Assembly (NCBI GenBank): GCA_021155885.1
Contig: JAJNBB010000002.1
Span: 2,929 to 66,928 of the forward strand
Direction of reading: 5' to 3'
Length of the DNA: 64,000 nt
Source of the DNA: Fibrobacteria bacterium
GTDB lineage: Bacteria > Fibrobacterota > Fibrobacteria > UBA11236
Made by a program: the position numbers and the translations under genes. Every line of letters begins with the position of its first letter. The first letter of the stretch is position 1. Under the pieces are notes generated by a model. It searched no databases and had not been told where the DNA came from. It was given only the letters and a program-made list of their open reading frames with translations. Positions 30,896-39,729 of the stretch are shown here, one piece after another.

Positions 30896-32673
30896 TTTAC
30901 CCTCGGCCTTCCAGGCCTTGCGCGCGCGGCGCGCGGCCCCGCGACCACCTTGGCGTCGGCCTGCCGCAGAATTCCCGAGGCCGCGCGTTCCGTGGTCAGC
31001 AAGCGCGTTTGCGTTCCAACCTGTTCGGCGATGCGCCGCAGCTCCAGGGCCTCCGTCTCATAGTCCTCCCGCAGCCCGCCGATTTGCCGCTCCAGGGCCG
31101 CCCGCTTACGCTCCACGGCGCGCTGAAGCTGCGCCGCTTCCTGCTGGCTCGCCAGGCCGGCGGCCCTCTCCAGGTCTTCCTGGGCCACGCGCGCGGAGCC
31201 CGTCAGCACGCCGCTGGGGCCTATATAAGCGTCCACCAGGTCGATACCCTGGTCCGAAATCAGGAACTCGCGGATCTGGTTCGAATGCGCCATGCCCCGC
31301 GCCTTCAGCACGTAAAGCACGCGGTTGCGTTCGCCGTTGCCTTCGTAGTCCTGAAGCAGGAGCCAAGAGTCCATCAACGAGGACATCGCCGCCTCGCTTT
31401 GTTGCAGGGCATGCCCGCCCTGGGTCAAACTGGTGAAGAGCGAGGTGACTTGCCCGGCCTTGAGGTAGTCAATCAGCCGGGTCACCATGCCTTTGCTTTC
31501 GGAGCCGGTTCCGGCATCCATCAAGCTCGTAATGGGGTCGATCACGACGACATGCGGCTTAAAGGCCGCGATCTCCTTGAACATGGTGGCCAGGTGCATT
31601 TCCAGGCCGTACAGGGACGGTCGCGCCGAATGGAAGCGCAACAGGCCCTTGGCGAGCAGGGGTTCCAGGCGCAGGCCGATGGATTGCATGTTGCGGACGA
31701 TCTGGTTCGGCGATTCCTCGAACGAGAAAAAGAGAACGCGCTCCCCGCGCAGGGCGGCGGCCTGGGCGAAATTGGCGGCCACGATGGTCTTGCCGGTGCC
31801 GGGCGTTCCGGTGAGCAAAATACTGCTGCCGCGAAAGAACCCGCGGCCGCCGAGCATGGCATCGAGCCGGGGAATGCCCGTGGCGATGCGCTCGTTGGAA
31901 ATCCTATGGTTCAATCCCAGCGAGGTGATGGGCAGCACGCTGATGCCGGTCTCGCCGATGAGAAACGGGAATTCGTTGGTGCCGTGCAGCGCCCCCCGGT
32001 ATTTCACCACGCGCAAGTGCCGGGTGGCGATCTGATCGCAGACGCGATGATCGAGAAGGATGACGCAATCGGACACGTACTCTTCCAGCCCGTGACGCGT
32101 CAATTGCTCGCGCCCGCGTTCTCCGGAACCGCGCTCCGCCGTGATCACGGCGGTCACGCCCTTGTCCTTCAGCCAGCGGAACAGCCGCCGCAGTTCGGCG
32201 CGCAGGATGGCCTCGTTGGGAATGCAGGCGAACAGGGCCTCCAGCGTATCCAGGACCACGCGCTTCGCGCCAATGGAATCGATGGCGTAGCCCAGCCTTA
32301 CGAACAGCCCCTCGAGATCGTAATCGCCGCTCTCCTGCAGTTCGCTGCGTTCCAGGTGGACGTAGTCGATGAGGATTTTTTTGCGGCGAACAAGGCCGTC
32401 CAGGTCAAAACCCAGTGACGACACGTTGGCCTTGAGCTCGCCTTCGGTTTCTTCGAAGGACATCAGTACGCCCGGCTCACCGAACATGGCCGCGCCGCGC
32501 ACCAGGAATTCGGCCGCCAAAAGCGTCTTTCCGCAGCCGGCGCTGCCGCATACCAAGGTGGGCCGCCCGCGCGGGAGGCCTCCGCCCGTGATTTCGTCGA
32601 GCCCTTGTATGCCCGTGGGGCACTTGGGCAATTGCCTCACCGGCGGAGCGCGTTTAACGACGCTTTTTTTCAT
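30892..32673 (-). CDS. kaiC: KaiC double-domain ATPase with C-terminal coiled coil
   Basis: Two P-loops (GSAGCGKT, GTPGTGKT), two SFEE motifs, phosphosite SSLMD, KARGMAHSNQIREF. Confidence 0.95.
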   Translation of the reverse strand: MKKSVVKRAPPVRQLPKCPTGIQGLDEITGGGLPRGRPTLVCGSAGCGKTLLAAEFLVRGAAMFGEPGVLMSFEETEGELKANVSSLGFDLDGLVRRKKILIDYVHLERSELQESGDYDLEGLFVRLGYAIDSIGAKRVVLDTLEALFACIPNEAILRAELRRLFRWLKDKGVTAVITAERGSGERGREQLTRHGLEEYVSDCVILLDHRVCDQIATRHLRVVKYRGALHGTNEFPFLIGETGISVLPITSLGLNHRISNERIATGIPRLDAMLGGRGFFRGSSILLTGTPGTGKTIVAANFAQAAALRGERVLFFSFEESPNQIVRNMQSIGLRLEPLLAKGLLRFHSARPSLYGLEMHLATMFKEIAAFKPHVVVIDPITSLMDAGTGSESKGMVTRLIDYLKAGQVTSLFTSLTQGGHALQQSEAAMSSLMDSWLLLQDYEGNGERNRVLYVLKARGMAHSNQIREFLISDQGIDLVDAYIGPSGVLTGSARVAQEDLERAAGLASQQEAAQLQRAVERKRAALERQIGGLREDYETEALELRRIAEQVGTQTRLLTTERAASGILRQADAKVVAGPRAARARPGRPRVK

Positions 32674-32801
32674 TCGGGGTCCTTTGGAAACGCCACTTCC
32701 AAATACCCCGCCCGGTGAGAAGACGGTATGGGGTCAAACCCTACCCCAGGCGATAAACCGCGTCCGGCGCCCTTCACGCCGCGGGAAGCCGGTTCCTTGC
32801 A

Positions 32802-32826
32802 GGGCGCATCTGAGATGCGCCCCAAC
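32802..32826 (-). repeat. GTAG-type REP variant (GTTG)
   Basis: Minus strand GTTGGGGCGCATCTCAGATGCGCCC directly after the araC stop. Confidence 0.65.
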
Positions 32827-33752
32827 TATGCGGCCAACAATTGCTTTTTGAACTCCCGCGGCGAGACGCCCTGGATACGCTTGAACGCCTTGGAGAACAC
32901 GAACGGGTCGCCGTAGCCCACGCGCTCCGCGATCGCGTCGAGATTGTCGTCGGTGGCGCGGAGTAAGTCCATCGCGCGCTGGATGCGGAGGCGGGCCAGG
33001 TAATGCCCCGGCGTGTCCGACGCAAGCTTCTTGAAGCGCTGCGCGAACGCCGCGCGCGAAAGCCCCGCCCGTTCGGCCAGCTCCTCCAGGTTCCAGTCCC
33101 GCTCCGGGTGGGCGTGCATCGCCTCGATCGCCCGGTGCAGGTGCGGGTCCCGCAGCGCGCGGCTCCAGCGGCCTTCGCCGGCCCCTTCGCGGTTCACCCC
33201 TTCCCTCTCCAGCCAGTTCCGCAGGATGTAATGGAACATCACGTCAAGCAGGGCCTTCACCACCGCCTCCGAGCCTTCCCCGCCCTGAGCCAGCTCCGCG
33301 GACAACAGTTGCTGCGCGACGTTCAAAGGGCTGTGCGCGGGGATTTCGTTGGACCGGATCACGATCATCTCCGGGAGCTCGGCGAACAAGGGATGGATGG
33401 GCTCCGTCTGGAATTGATAGAGGCCGCAGGTGACCACCGCGAGCGGTGGGACGTCAGTATCCTCGGGCACCGGGAAGGGACCGGCGCGTAGCGCGGTCGG
33501 GGCCTCGGTGACCCTATCCGTGGATACTACGTGGTCGAAGCCGCGGCGGATCAGCACGACATCGCCGCGCTCCAGGCGCAGCGGCGCGTCGAAGCGCGGC
33601 GCGCGGATGTAGGCCTCGCCGTACGTGACGATGTGGAAGCCCATGCTTTGGTTGCACGGCAGTTTCATCGCCCAGGGAGAATGGAAGGCGTGACTGACCA
33701 ATAGGGATTTGCGCAGGCCCGCGGAATTCAGGATGTCGGTCAGCACGTCCAT
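32826..33752 (-). CDS. AraC-family regulator with cupin_6 domain
   Basis: MDVLTDIL, FHIV..G, WNLEELA..AGLSRAAFA.RF, VGY...FSKAFKR..G.SP. Confidence 0.93.
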   Translation of the reverse strand: MDVLTDILNSAGLRKSLLVSHAFHSPWAMKLPCNQSMGFHIVTYGEAYIRAPRFDAPLRLERGDVVLIRRGFDHVVSTDRVTEAPTALRAGPFPVPEDTDVPPLAVVTCGLYQFQTEPIHPLFAELPEMIVIRSNEIPAHSPLNVAQQLLSAELAQGGEGSEAVVKALLDVMFHYILRNWLEREGVNREGAGEGRWSRALRDPHLHRAIEAMHAHPERDWNLEELAERAGLSRAAFAQRFKKLASDTPGHYLARLRIQRAMDLLRATDDNLDAIAERVGYGDPFVFSKAFKRIQGVSPREFKKQLLAA

Positions 33753-33801
33753 GGGTTAAAAATACGCTTTGTTTAAAAATCCCGCTATAAATATTTAAAG
33801 A

Positions 33802-33840
33802 CATGTTTAAAGGACATAAAACCATGTTTAATCCACATAA
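33802..33840. promoter_or_regulatory. Candidate AraC operator (tandem 18-bp repeat, 21-bp period)
   Basis: CATGTTTAAaggACATAA at 33802 and CATGTTTAAtccACATAA at 33823. Confidence 0.6.
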
Positions 33841-33882
33841 TTCCTCATAAATTACCTCCATCACTTCAAACAGGAGGCCATC

Positions 33883-34716
33883 ATGGCTCAGATTCTGATC
33901 GTCGGCGGTTCGGGTACGGTAGGTTCGGAAATCGTCAAAACGCTTAAGGCCGAAGGACATTCCGTCCGGGTCGCCACCAGCAAGCCCACCACGGAAGCGG
34001 GTAAAATGCATGTGAATCTCCTCACCGGCGACGGCCTCGACGCCGCGTTCGAAGGCGTGGAGCGCGCCTTCTTCCTCTCCCCCGGCGGCTACGCCGACCA
34101 GTACGCCATCTTGGCCCCGCTGATCGCCAAGGCCAAGGAAGCCAAGCTCAAGAAAGTCGTGCTGATGACAGCGCTGGGCGTCGAAGGCGCCGAAGGATCC
34201 CCCATGCGCCGCGCCGAGCTCGACCTCATCGCCTCGGGCATTCCCTACAACATCATTCGCCCAAGCTGGTTCAGCCAGAACTTCGTGAACTTCTGGGGTT
34301 ACGGCATCAAGACTGCGAACACGATCGCGCTCCCCGTGGGCGACGGCAAGGCCGCCTTCATCGACAGCCGTGACATCTCGGCCGTGGCCGCGAAGCTTCT
34401 GACGGACGACAGCCGCAATGGCCAGGAGTACACGCTCACCGGTCCCCAAGCCCTGACGCACACGGAAGTCGCGAAGATTATCGCCGATGCCACGGGCAAG
34501 CCGGTGACCTTCAAGGACATCTCGCCCGACGAACTCCGTCCCGTGTTGGTCGGAGCCGGCATCCCGGCGGACTATGTGGAATTGCTGCTGGTGTTGCTCA
34601 GCTACATCAAGGCGGGGTATACGGGCGCGGTCACGAACAGCGTCGAGGAAATCCTGGGCCGCAAGCCGCGGGACTTCCGGAGCTATGCCAAGGAAGCGGC
34701 GGACAGCTGGAAGTAG
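33883..34716 (+). CDS. NmrA-like atypical SDR NAD(P)H oxidoreductase
   Basis: GGSGTVG, IRPSWFSQN, IDSRDI, YTLTGP; AGGAGG RBS. Confidence 0.9.
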   Translation: MAQILIVGGSGTVGSEIVKTLKAEGHSVRVATSKPTTEAGKMHVNLLTGDGLDAAFEGVERAFFLSPGGYADQYAILAPLIAKAKEAKLKKVVLMTALGVEGAEGSPMRRAELDLIASGIPYNIIRPSWFSQNFVNFWGYGIKTANTIALPVGDGKAAFIDSRDISAVAAKLLTDDSRNGQEYTLTGPQALTHTEVAKIIADATGKPVTFKDISPDELRPVLVGAGIPADYVELLLVLLSYIKAGYTGAVTNSVEEILGRKPRDFRSYAKEAADSWK

Positions 34717-34720
34717 TACC

Positions 34721-34768
34721 CGTCATCCCCGCCCCCGCCTGCGCGGGGGCAGGCTCCGGCGGGATCCA
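34721..34768 (+). repeat. CGTC-type REP with inserted hairpin
   Basis: CGTCATCCCCGC..GCGGGATCCA enclosing GCCCCCGC-CTGC-GCGGGGGC. Confidence 0.6.
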
Positions 34769-34790
34769 AGCAACGAAGGGTTAAAAACGA

Positions 34791-34821
34791 AAAACGCGGG
34801 GCGCCTTGAGCCTCGCGTTTT
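34791..34821. terminator. Bidirectional terminator between convergent genes
   Basis: AAAACGCGGGGC / GCCTCGCGTTTT. Confidence 0.65.
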
Positions 34822-34835
34822 GCGTTCCCTGTCCC

Positions 34836-36704
34836 CTAAAACAATCCGTGCAAACTCTTCCCCGGCCCCGCGAGCGCCTCCACCCTCTGCGCCGTATCCG
34901 GATCCGAAACCAGCGGCGGCGCGTGGTGGGGCTTGAGGCGCGCGTCGATCACGAGCGGTCCGCGGCAGCCCCAATGCTTGTTCTCGGTGAAGGCCGCGAC
35001 GCCGTGAACGTCGCGCGCCGGGTCGGAGCGGGTGAAGGTGGTCCACAGGAAGTTGTCGAGCGTGGACGCGGCGAAGGCCGGGTCGTCTGCCATTATCCAT
35101 AACGGCAGTCCATCGGCCTCGGGGAGCAGGCCCGCGTCGCGCAGGTGGTGCGAGAACTTTTCGATCTCGAGCATCAGGTTTTTGGGCGAGGCGTTCTCGC
35201 CCTCGGCGGCTGGGCCCCCGAACACAAGCACGCCCGGCTGCGCGAGGTGCGGCGGCGACCAGTAGGGCGGCCACGCGTCGAGCAAGGTTTGCGGGATGCG
35301 GACGAGGAGGTTGCGGCGGGGCGCTCCGGCCACGGTGACGACCAGCTTCGAGCCCTCGTTGAGCGCGCCGCCGCTGTAGTCCAGCGTGTCCATGGTGGTG
35401 TGCGTGGTGAAGTGCAGGTCCGTCTCCCAGCGCACGCGCATCAGCACGTGGCGCAAAAAGGCGCGCACGTTGCGGATGTCGAGGCCGGGATCGTCGCCGT
35501 GCGCGGCGAGGAAGAGGTATTTCGCGAGCGACATCTGGCCGTAGCCCAGCATGGCGTGCGCGACGGTGTGGAGCTCGCGGGGCTTGCGGGCGGCGGGCGT
35601 CTCGTACGGCACATAGCGGTCATCGGCGATCGCGAGGAGCAGCGGGTGCACGCCCGCCGCCTCCACCGCGTGCACGGCGCGCAGGCCGGGGATCTCGGAG
35701 GACAGCGCGCCGTCGGCGATCTCGTGGATGAAGGAAGCGAGCTGCGCGTCCTCCTGCGGCGGACGGCCCACCACGGTGAACGGCCATACGGCATCGCGGC
35801 GATGATAGACCTTGTCGATCGTCAGCACGGGGAAGTCATGCGCGAGGCTGTAGTAACCCAGATGGTCGCCGAAGGGCCCTTCGGGCAAGGTGCGCGCGGG
35901 GTCGACCCAGCCCGTGATGCAAAAGTCGGCATCGGCGGAGAGGAGGAAACCGTCCCGGCGGGCGCAACGAAAGTGCCGGCCCGCGAGGATGCCCGCGAAC
36001 AGCACCTCGGGAATGCCCTCGGGCAGGGGCATGACCGCGGCGAGGGAATGCGCGGGCGGGCCCCCGACGAAGATCGTGACGCGCAACCGCTCTCCTTTAC
36101 GGACGGCCGCATGATGGTGGACGCCGATGCCGCGATGGATCTGGTAATGCATCCCCGCCTCGCGGTCCGGGACGTACTGACCGCCCGAAAGCTGAATGCG
36201 GTACATGCCGAGGTTGGACTTTCCGATGCCCGGAGTATCAGGATGCTCGGTGTACACCTGCGGCAAGGTGATGAAGGCGCCGCCGTCCCGCGGCCAGCAC
36301 TGGATTTGCGGCAGCGCCGACAGCGTGGTCTCCCCCGCCGCCACGGGCGGGTTCGAGCTCGGTAGGGCTAGGCCCGTGCGCGCCCCCCACAATGCCTTTA
36401 GGGCCCTCCCCGGATGACGCAACGCATCCGCGGGATCGACCTTGAGCCTTACCAGTTCCCGCGCGCGCCGCACCCCGTCGCCGAGCAGGAATTCCGCGCG
36501 TTCCCGCGTCCCGAACAGGTTGGAAACCGCCGGGAACGGGCTGCCTTGGACGCGGGTGAACAGGAGGGCGGGCCCGCCCGCATCGTAGACGCGGCGGTGG
36601 ATCTCCGCCATTTCGAGACGGGGATCGACTTCCTCGGTGACCCGTCGAAGGAGCCCCCGCTTTTCCAGGGCGCGGAGGCTTTCATTGAGGGATGTGAAAT
36701 CCAT
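34836..36704 (-). CDS. UbiD-family prFMN decarboxylase (long form)
   Basis: GGPALLF, NLGMYRIQ, EGPFGDHLGYY, VVGRPPQED. Confidence 0.92.
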   Translation of the reverse strand: MDFTSLNESLRALEKRGLLRRVTEEVDPRLEMAEIHRRVYDAGGPALLFTRVQGSPFPAVSNLFGTRERAEFLLGDGVRRARELVRLKVDPADALRHPGRALKALWGARTGLALPSSNPPVAAGETTLSALPQIQCWPRDGGAFITLPQVYTEHPDTPGIGKSNLGMYRIQLSGGQYVPDREAGMHYQIHRGIGVHHHAAVRKGERLRVTIFVGGPPAHSLAAVMPLPEGIPEVLFAGILAGRHFRCARRDGFLLSADADFCITGWVDPARTLPEGPFGDHLGYYSLAHDFPVLTIDKVYHRRDAVWPFTVVGRPPQEDAQLASFIHEIADGALSSEIPGLRAVHAVEAAGVHPLLLAIADDRYVPYETPAARKPRELHTVAHAMLGYGQMSLAKYLFLAAHGDDPGLDIRNVRAFLRHVLMRVRWETDLHFTTHTTMDTLDYSGGALNEGSKLVVTVAGAPRRNLLVRIPQTLLDAWPPYWSPPHLAQPGVLVFGGPAAEGENASPKNLMLEIEKFSHHLRDAGLLPEADGLPLWIMADDPAFAASTLDNFLWTTFTRSDPARDVHGVAAFTENKHWGCRGPLVIDARLKPHHAPPLVSDPDTAQRVEALAGPGKSLHGLF

Positions 36705-36761
36705 CGCAGTCTCCTTCGAAGGGGGATTTTCGAGCCGACTTTAATAGGGGTCGGGCGATTA

Positions 36762-37145
36762 CTAGGCGGTCAGGACCGCGTCCGCCTCGATCTCGACGAG
36801 CATCGCCGGGTCGATCAGCTTGCTGACCTCGACCATGGCCATCGCCGGACGGACCTCGCCGAAAACCTCGCCGTGGGCGCGGCCGACGGCCTCCCACTGC
36901 GAGATATCCGTCACGAAAATACGCGTGCGCACCACGTCCGCGGCCTTGGCCCCGGCCTTTTCGAGGCCCGCGAGGATGTTTTTCAGGGCCTGGCGCGTCT
37001 GCGCCCCGGCGTCGGCGGCGAACTTGCCGTCGGCGTCCGCCCCGGTGGTTCCCGCCACAAAGATGAAATTGCCCACTTTGACGGCCCGGGAATAGCCCAG
37101 AATGGGCTCCCATTTGGATCCGGTCGAGATGTTTTCGCGCTGCAA
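36762..37145 (-). CDS. RidA/YjgF/UK114-family protein
   Basis: WEPILGYSRAV, VVRTRIFV, LVEIEADA; TTG start after AGGAGG. Confidence 0.9.
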   Translation of the reverse strand: MQRENISTGSKWEPILGYSRAVKVGNFIFVAGTTGADADGKFAADAGAQTRQALKNILAGLEKAGAKAADVVRTRIFVTDISQWEAVGRAHGEVFGEVRPAMAMVEVSKLIDPAMLVEIEADAVLTA

Positions 37146-37285
37146 AAAGGCCTCCTGCGTTGATCCGGGGAAAATAGAACTTGTAAAAAGGCTTGTCTGG
37201 AACCTCGGGGGGTTTTTACCTTGTTCCGCTCCCCCCAGCGGTCCGCGCTTGATACCAGGACGGCCGCCCAACCTTCGGAGTTTTT

Positions 37286-38005
37286 ATGAAATCGTTGAAA
37301 TTGGCCCTCGCCCTCGGAACGGCCGGACTCCTTCTGGCCGGTTGCAATAAAGACGGCGGCACCGACCTCAAGACCCCGATGGAAAAGGCCAGCTATATCA
37401 TCGGCCAGAACATCGGCAACAGCTTCAAGCAGCAGGGCCTCGACGCCGGCGCGGTGGATCTGGACAAGCTCAAGGCGGGCATCACGGACGCCTTGAACGG
37501 CGTGAAGCCGACGATGGACGAGAAGGAAATCCAGGAAATCATGATGACGTTCCAGCAGAACCTCATGAAGCGCGCCGACTCCCTGCGCACCCTGAAGGCG
37601 ACCGAGAACTTCAAGGCCGGCCAGGAATACCTCGCGAAGAACGCGAAGGAATCCGGCGTGGTCGTGCTTCCCAGCGGCCTGCAGTACAAGGTCCTGACCA
37701 AGGGCACGGGCCCGGTCCCCGGAGCGAACAGCACCGTCACCGTCCACTATGTCGGCACCCTCACCGACGGCACCGAGTTCGATAGCTCCCGCAAGCGCGG
37801 CGAGCCCGCGACCTTCCCGGTCACCGGCGTGATCGCCGGCTGGACCGAGGCGCTGCAGCTCATGCCCGTGGGCTCGAAGTGGAAGCTCGTCATCCCGTCC
37901 TCGCTCGCCTACGGCGAACAGGGCAGCGGCCCGGTCATCGGCCCCAACGCCGTGCTGATCTTCGAGGTCGAGCTCCTGTCGACCGCGGACGCGCAGCCGG
38001 AGTAA
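37286..38005 (+). CDS. fkpA: FKBP-type peptidyl-prolyl isomerase, lipoprotein (FkpA/Mip-like)
   Basis: Lipobox LAGC, SGLQY, VHYVG.L.DGTEFDSS, VIAGWTE, LAYG, LIFEVEL. Confidence 0.93.
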   Translation: MKSLKLALALGTAGLLLAGCNKDGGTDLKTPMEKASYIIGQNIGNSFKQQGLDAGAVDLDKLKAGITDALNGVKPTMDEKEIQEIMMTFQQNLMKRADSLRTLKATENFKAGQEYLAKNAKESGVVVLPSGLQYKVLTKGTGPVPGANSTVTVHYVGTLTDGTEFDSSRKRGEPATFPVTGVIAGWTEALQLMPVGSKWKLVIPSSLAYGEQGSGPVIGPNAVLIFEVELLSTADAQPE

Positions 38006-38038
38006 GGAAAATGTCCGGGGGGCCCCGCCCTCCTTCAC

Positions 38039-38069
38039 AAAAAAAGCCCGCGGCAACGCGGGCTTTTTT
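38039..38069. terminator. Bidirectional intrinsic terminator
   Basis: A7-GCCCGCG-GCAA-CGCGGGC-T6. Confidence 0.9.
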
Positions 38070-38106
38070 CGTGGGCCGATTTCGAGCGGGTCGGGCTCGG
38101 GCGGGA

Positions 38107-38132
38107 AAGGACTTAGGACTTAGGGCTTAGGT
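38107..38132 (+). repeat. Left inverted repeat (AGGRCTT heptamers) of the four-helix-bundle cassette
   Basis: A AGGACTT AGGACTT AGGGCTT AGGT. Confidence 0.9.
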
Positions 38133-38175
38133 GGCATAGGTTTTGATATGAGTCCTTGACCTTTGGAGGCCAACC

Positions 38176-38565
38176 ATGCGAAATTATCGTGCGCTCATGA
38201 TCTGGAAAAAATCTCACGAATTCTCTCTGGAAATTTATCGGCTGACACATGAATTTCCACGAAGGGAAATTTATGGCTTGACAAGTCAAATCAGACGCGC
38301 CAGCGCCTCTGTTCCGACCAATATTGCGGAGGGATGCGGACGAAACGGAAACCCTGAATTCATCCACTTTCTTCAAATTGCGCTGGGATCAGCCAATGAA
38401 GTCGATTACCAGATCCTGCTATCCAAAGATCTGGGATACCTACCGCAAGCCGACTATGAGCGACTCTGTGAAAGTTCTAGTGAACTTCGGCGGATGCTTG
38501 CCACCTTTATTCGGAACGCACGTACCCTACCGGCACATAGGCCGTACCTAAGCCCTAAGTCCTAA
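38176..38565 (+). CDS. Four-helix-bundle protein (23S rRNA IVP family, Avd-like fold)
   Basis: L.IWKKS..F.L.IY..T..FP..E.YGLTSQIRRAS.SV..NIAEG.GR..F..FL.IA.GS..E; GGAGG RBS; AT-richer than flanks. Confidence 0.93.
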   Translation: MRNYRALMIWKKSHEFSLEIYRLTHEFPRREIYGLTSQIRRASASVPTNIAEGCGRNGNPEFIHFLQIALGSANEVDYQILLSKDLGYLPQADYERLCESSSELRRMLATFIRNARTLPAHRPYLSPKS

Positions 38566-38571
38566 GCCCTT
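38546..38571 (-). repeat. Right inverted repeat of the four-helix-bundle cassette
   Basis: ACCT AAGCCCT AAGTCCT AAGCCCT T; 25/26 complementary to 38107-38132. Confidence 0.9.
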
Positions 38572-39729
38572 CATCAAACTCGGTGCCAGCACGGATGAGT
38601 ACTTCTTCCGGATCCACGCCTCGTCCGGCTTGTCCTTGCCCCCCTGCAGCAGGCGCAGGTCGGCGTCGAGGGCATAGAGGTAGGGGTACCACTCCAGCTT
38701 GAGAGGGGACTTCCAGTCCCAGATCAGGGGCTTGAGCGTCGCCCGATGGGCCTTGAGCTTGGCGGGCGTCAGATCCTTGGGGGCGAGACGCACGAAGGGC
38801 GATGCGATCAGCCCCGCGATCTTCTGAAACTCCGCGGGGACATCCCAGGCCTTCAAAGCCTTCTTCCACGCAGTCGCGGGCGATTCGCCGCGCAAAAAAC
38901 CGCCGAGCAGGTCCAGGTAGAACAGGTCGGTATGGTACAGACCCGTGGGATTGATCAGCATGCCCCGCGTCGTCTTTAGCAGGGCCTTGGACCGGCCCGC
39001 GAAGGGGCCGAGGAAGATCTTGCCGGGGCAATAGTCGTTGGCGTAGAGATTGTCCCAGATCACGGGGGCGGCGCCGGCGCGGCGGGTCACGGCTTTCATA
39101 TCGGCGGCGGAATAATCCGGCGATACGATGGCGCGGCCGGTCCACATCACTTCGATACCGGGAACGATGAATGGCTTCAGGTCGCGCAGGTAGGCGCTCT
39201 TTTCGATTCCCTCGGGCGCGAAAAAGTCGCTGTACACCGTGGGGCAAAACCACAGGCGGCGAATCCCCTGCTTTTGCAAGCGCGGCCACAGCTTTTGCAG
39301 CATCAACCCGTGCGCCTCGCCCAGGGAGCGAAAGAAGGGGCGGTCCGCCGCGGGAAGTTCCACGGGGATGTCGTCCATCAGCAGGGCGGCCTCTTCGCAG
39401 CCCAGCTCCGTGAGCGAACGCAACTTGCGGACCAGCGCCTCGAAGTCCCCGGGCTTGCGGTAGCGGTAGCTCAGGCCGGGCGCGAGCCCCGGCACGACGT
39501 GCACGCCCAGTTTTTTGGACGTGGCGACGAAGGCCTTGAAGTCTCCCCTCCAGGCGGCGGGGTAAGGCGCACGCCATTCCTTGCGGTGGTAGAGATCTTC
39601 CTTGGGGGCATAGAGATAATGCCCGGCGCCGATTTCCTGCAGCTTGCGGACGAGGCCCAGCCGCTCGGAAAACGTGAGCAGCCGGCCGTAGTAGCCTTCG
39701 ATATAGCCGGAGAGGAAGGGACGGGTCAT
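38548..39729 (-). CDS. GH84 beta-N-acetylglucosaminidase (O-GlcNAcase-like), no signal peptide
   Basis: GYIEGYYG, YLYAPKEDLYHR, catalytic MDDI, WTG, IWDNLYANDY. Confidence 0.88.
   Translation of the reverse strand: MTRPFLSGYIEGYYGRLLTFSERLGLVRKLQEIGAGHYLYAPKEDLYHRKEWRAPYPAAWRGDFKAFVATSKKLGVHVVPGLAPGLSYRYRKPGDFEALVRKLRSLTELGCEEAALLMDDIPVELPAADRPFFRSLGEAHGLMLQKLWPRLQKQGIRRLWFCPTVYSDFFAPEGIEKSAYLRDLKPFIVPGIEVMWTGRAIVSPDYSAADMKAVTRRAGAAPVIWDNLYANDYCPGKIFLGPFAGRSKALLKTTRGMLINPTGLYHTDLFYLDLLGGFLRGESPATAWKKALKAWDVPAEFQKIAGLIASPFVRLAPKDLTPAKLKAHRATLKPLIWDWKSPLKLEWYPYLYALDADLRLLQGGKDKPDEAWIRKKYSSVLAPSLMKGLGLRA

Noticed and set aside
29066..32673. True circadian clock
   Set aside because: No kaiA or sasA in the window; oscillation cannot be inferred from sequence.
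38176..38565. Diversity-generating retroelement suggested by the Avd-like fold
   Set aside because: No reverse transcriptase and no TR/VR pair differing at adenines was seen in the window.
38107..38571. 23S rRNA intervening sequence
   Set aside because: The flanks are protein-coding genes (fkpA, GH84); no rRNA sequence is present.
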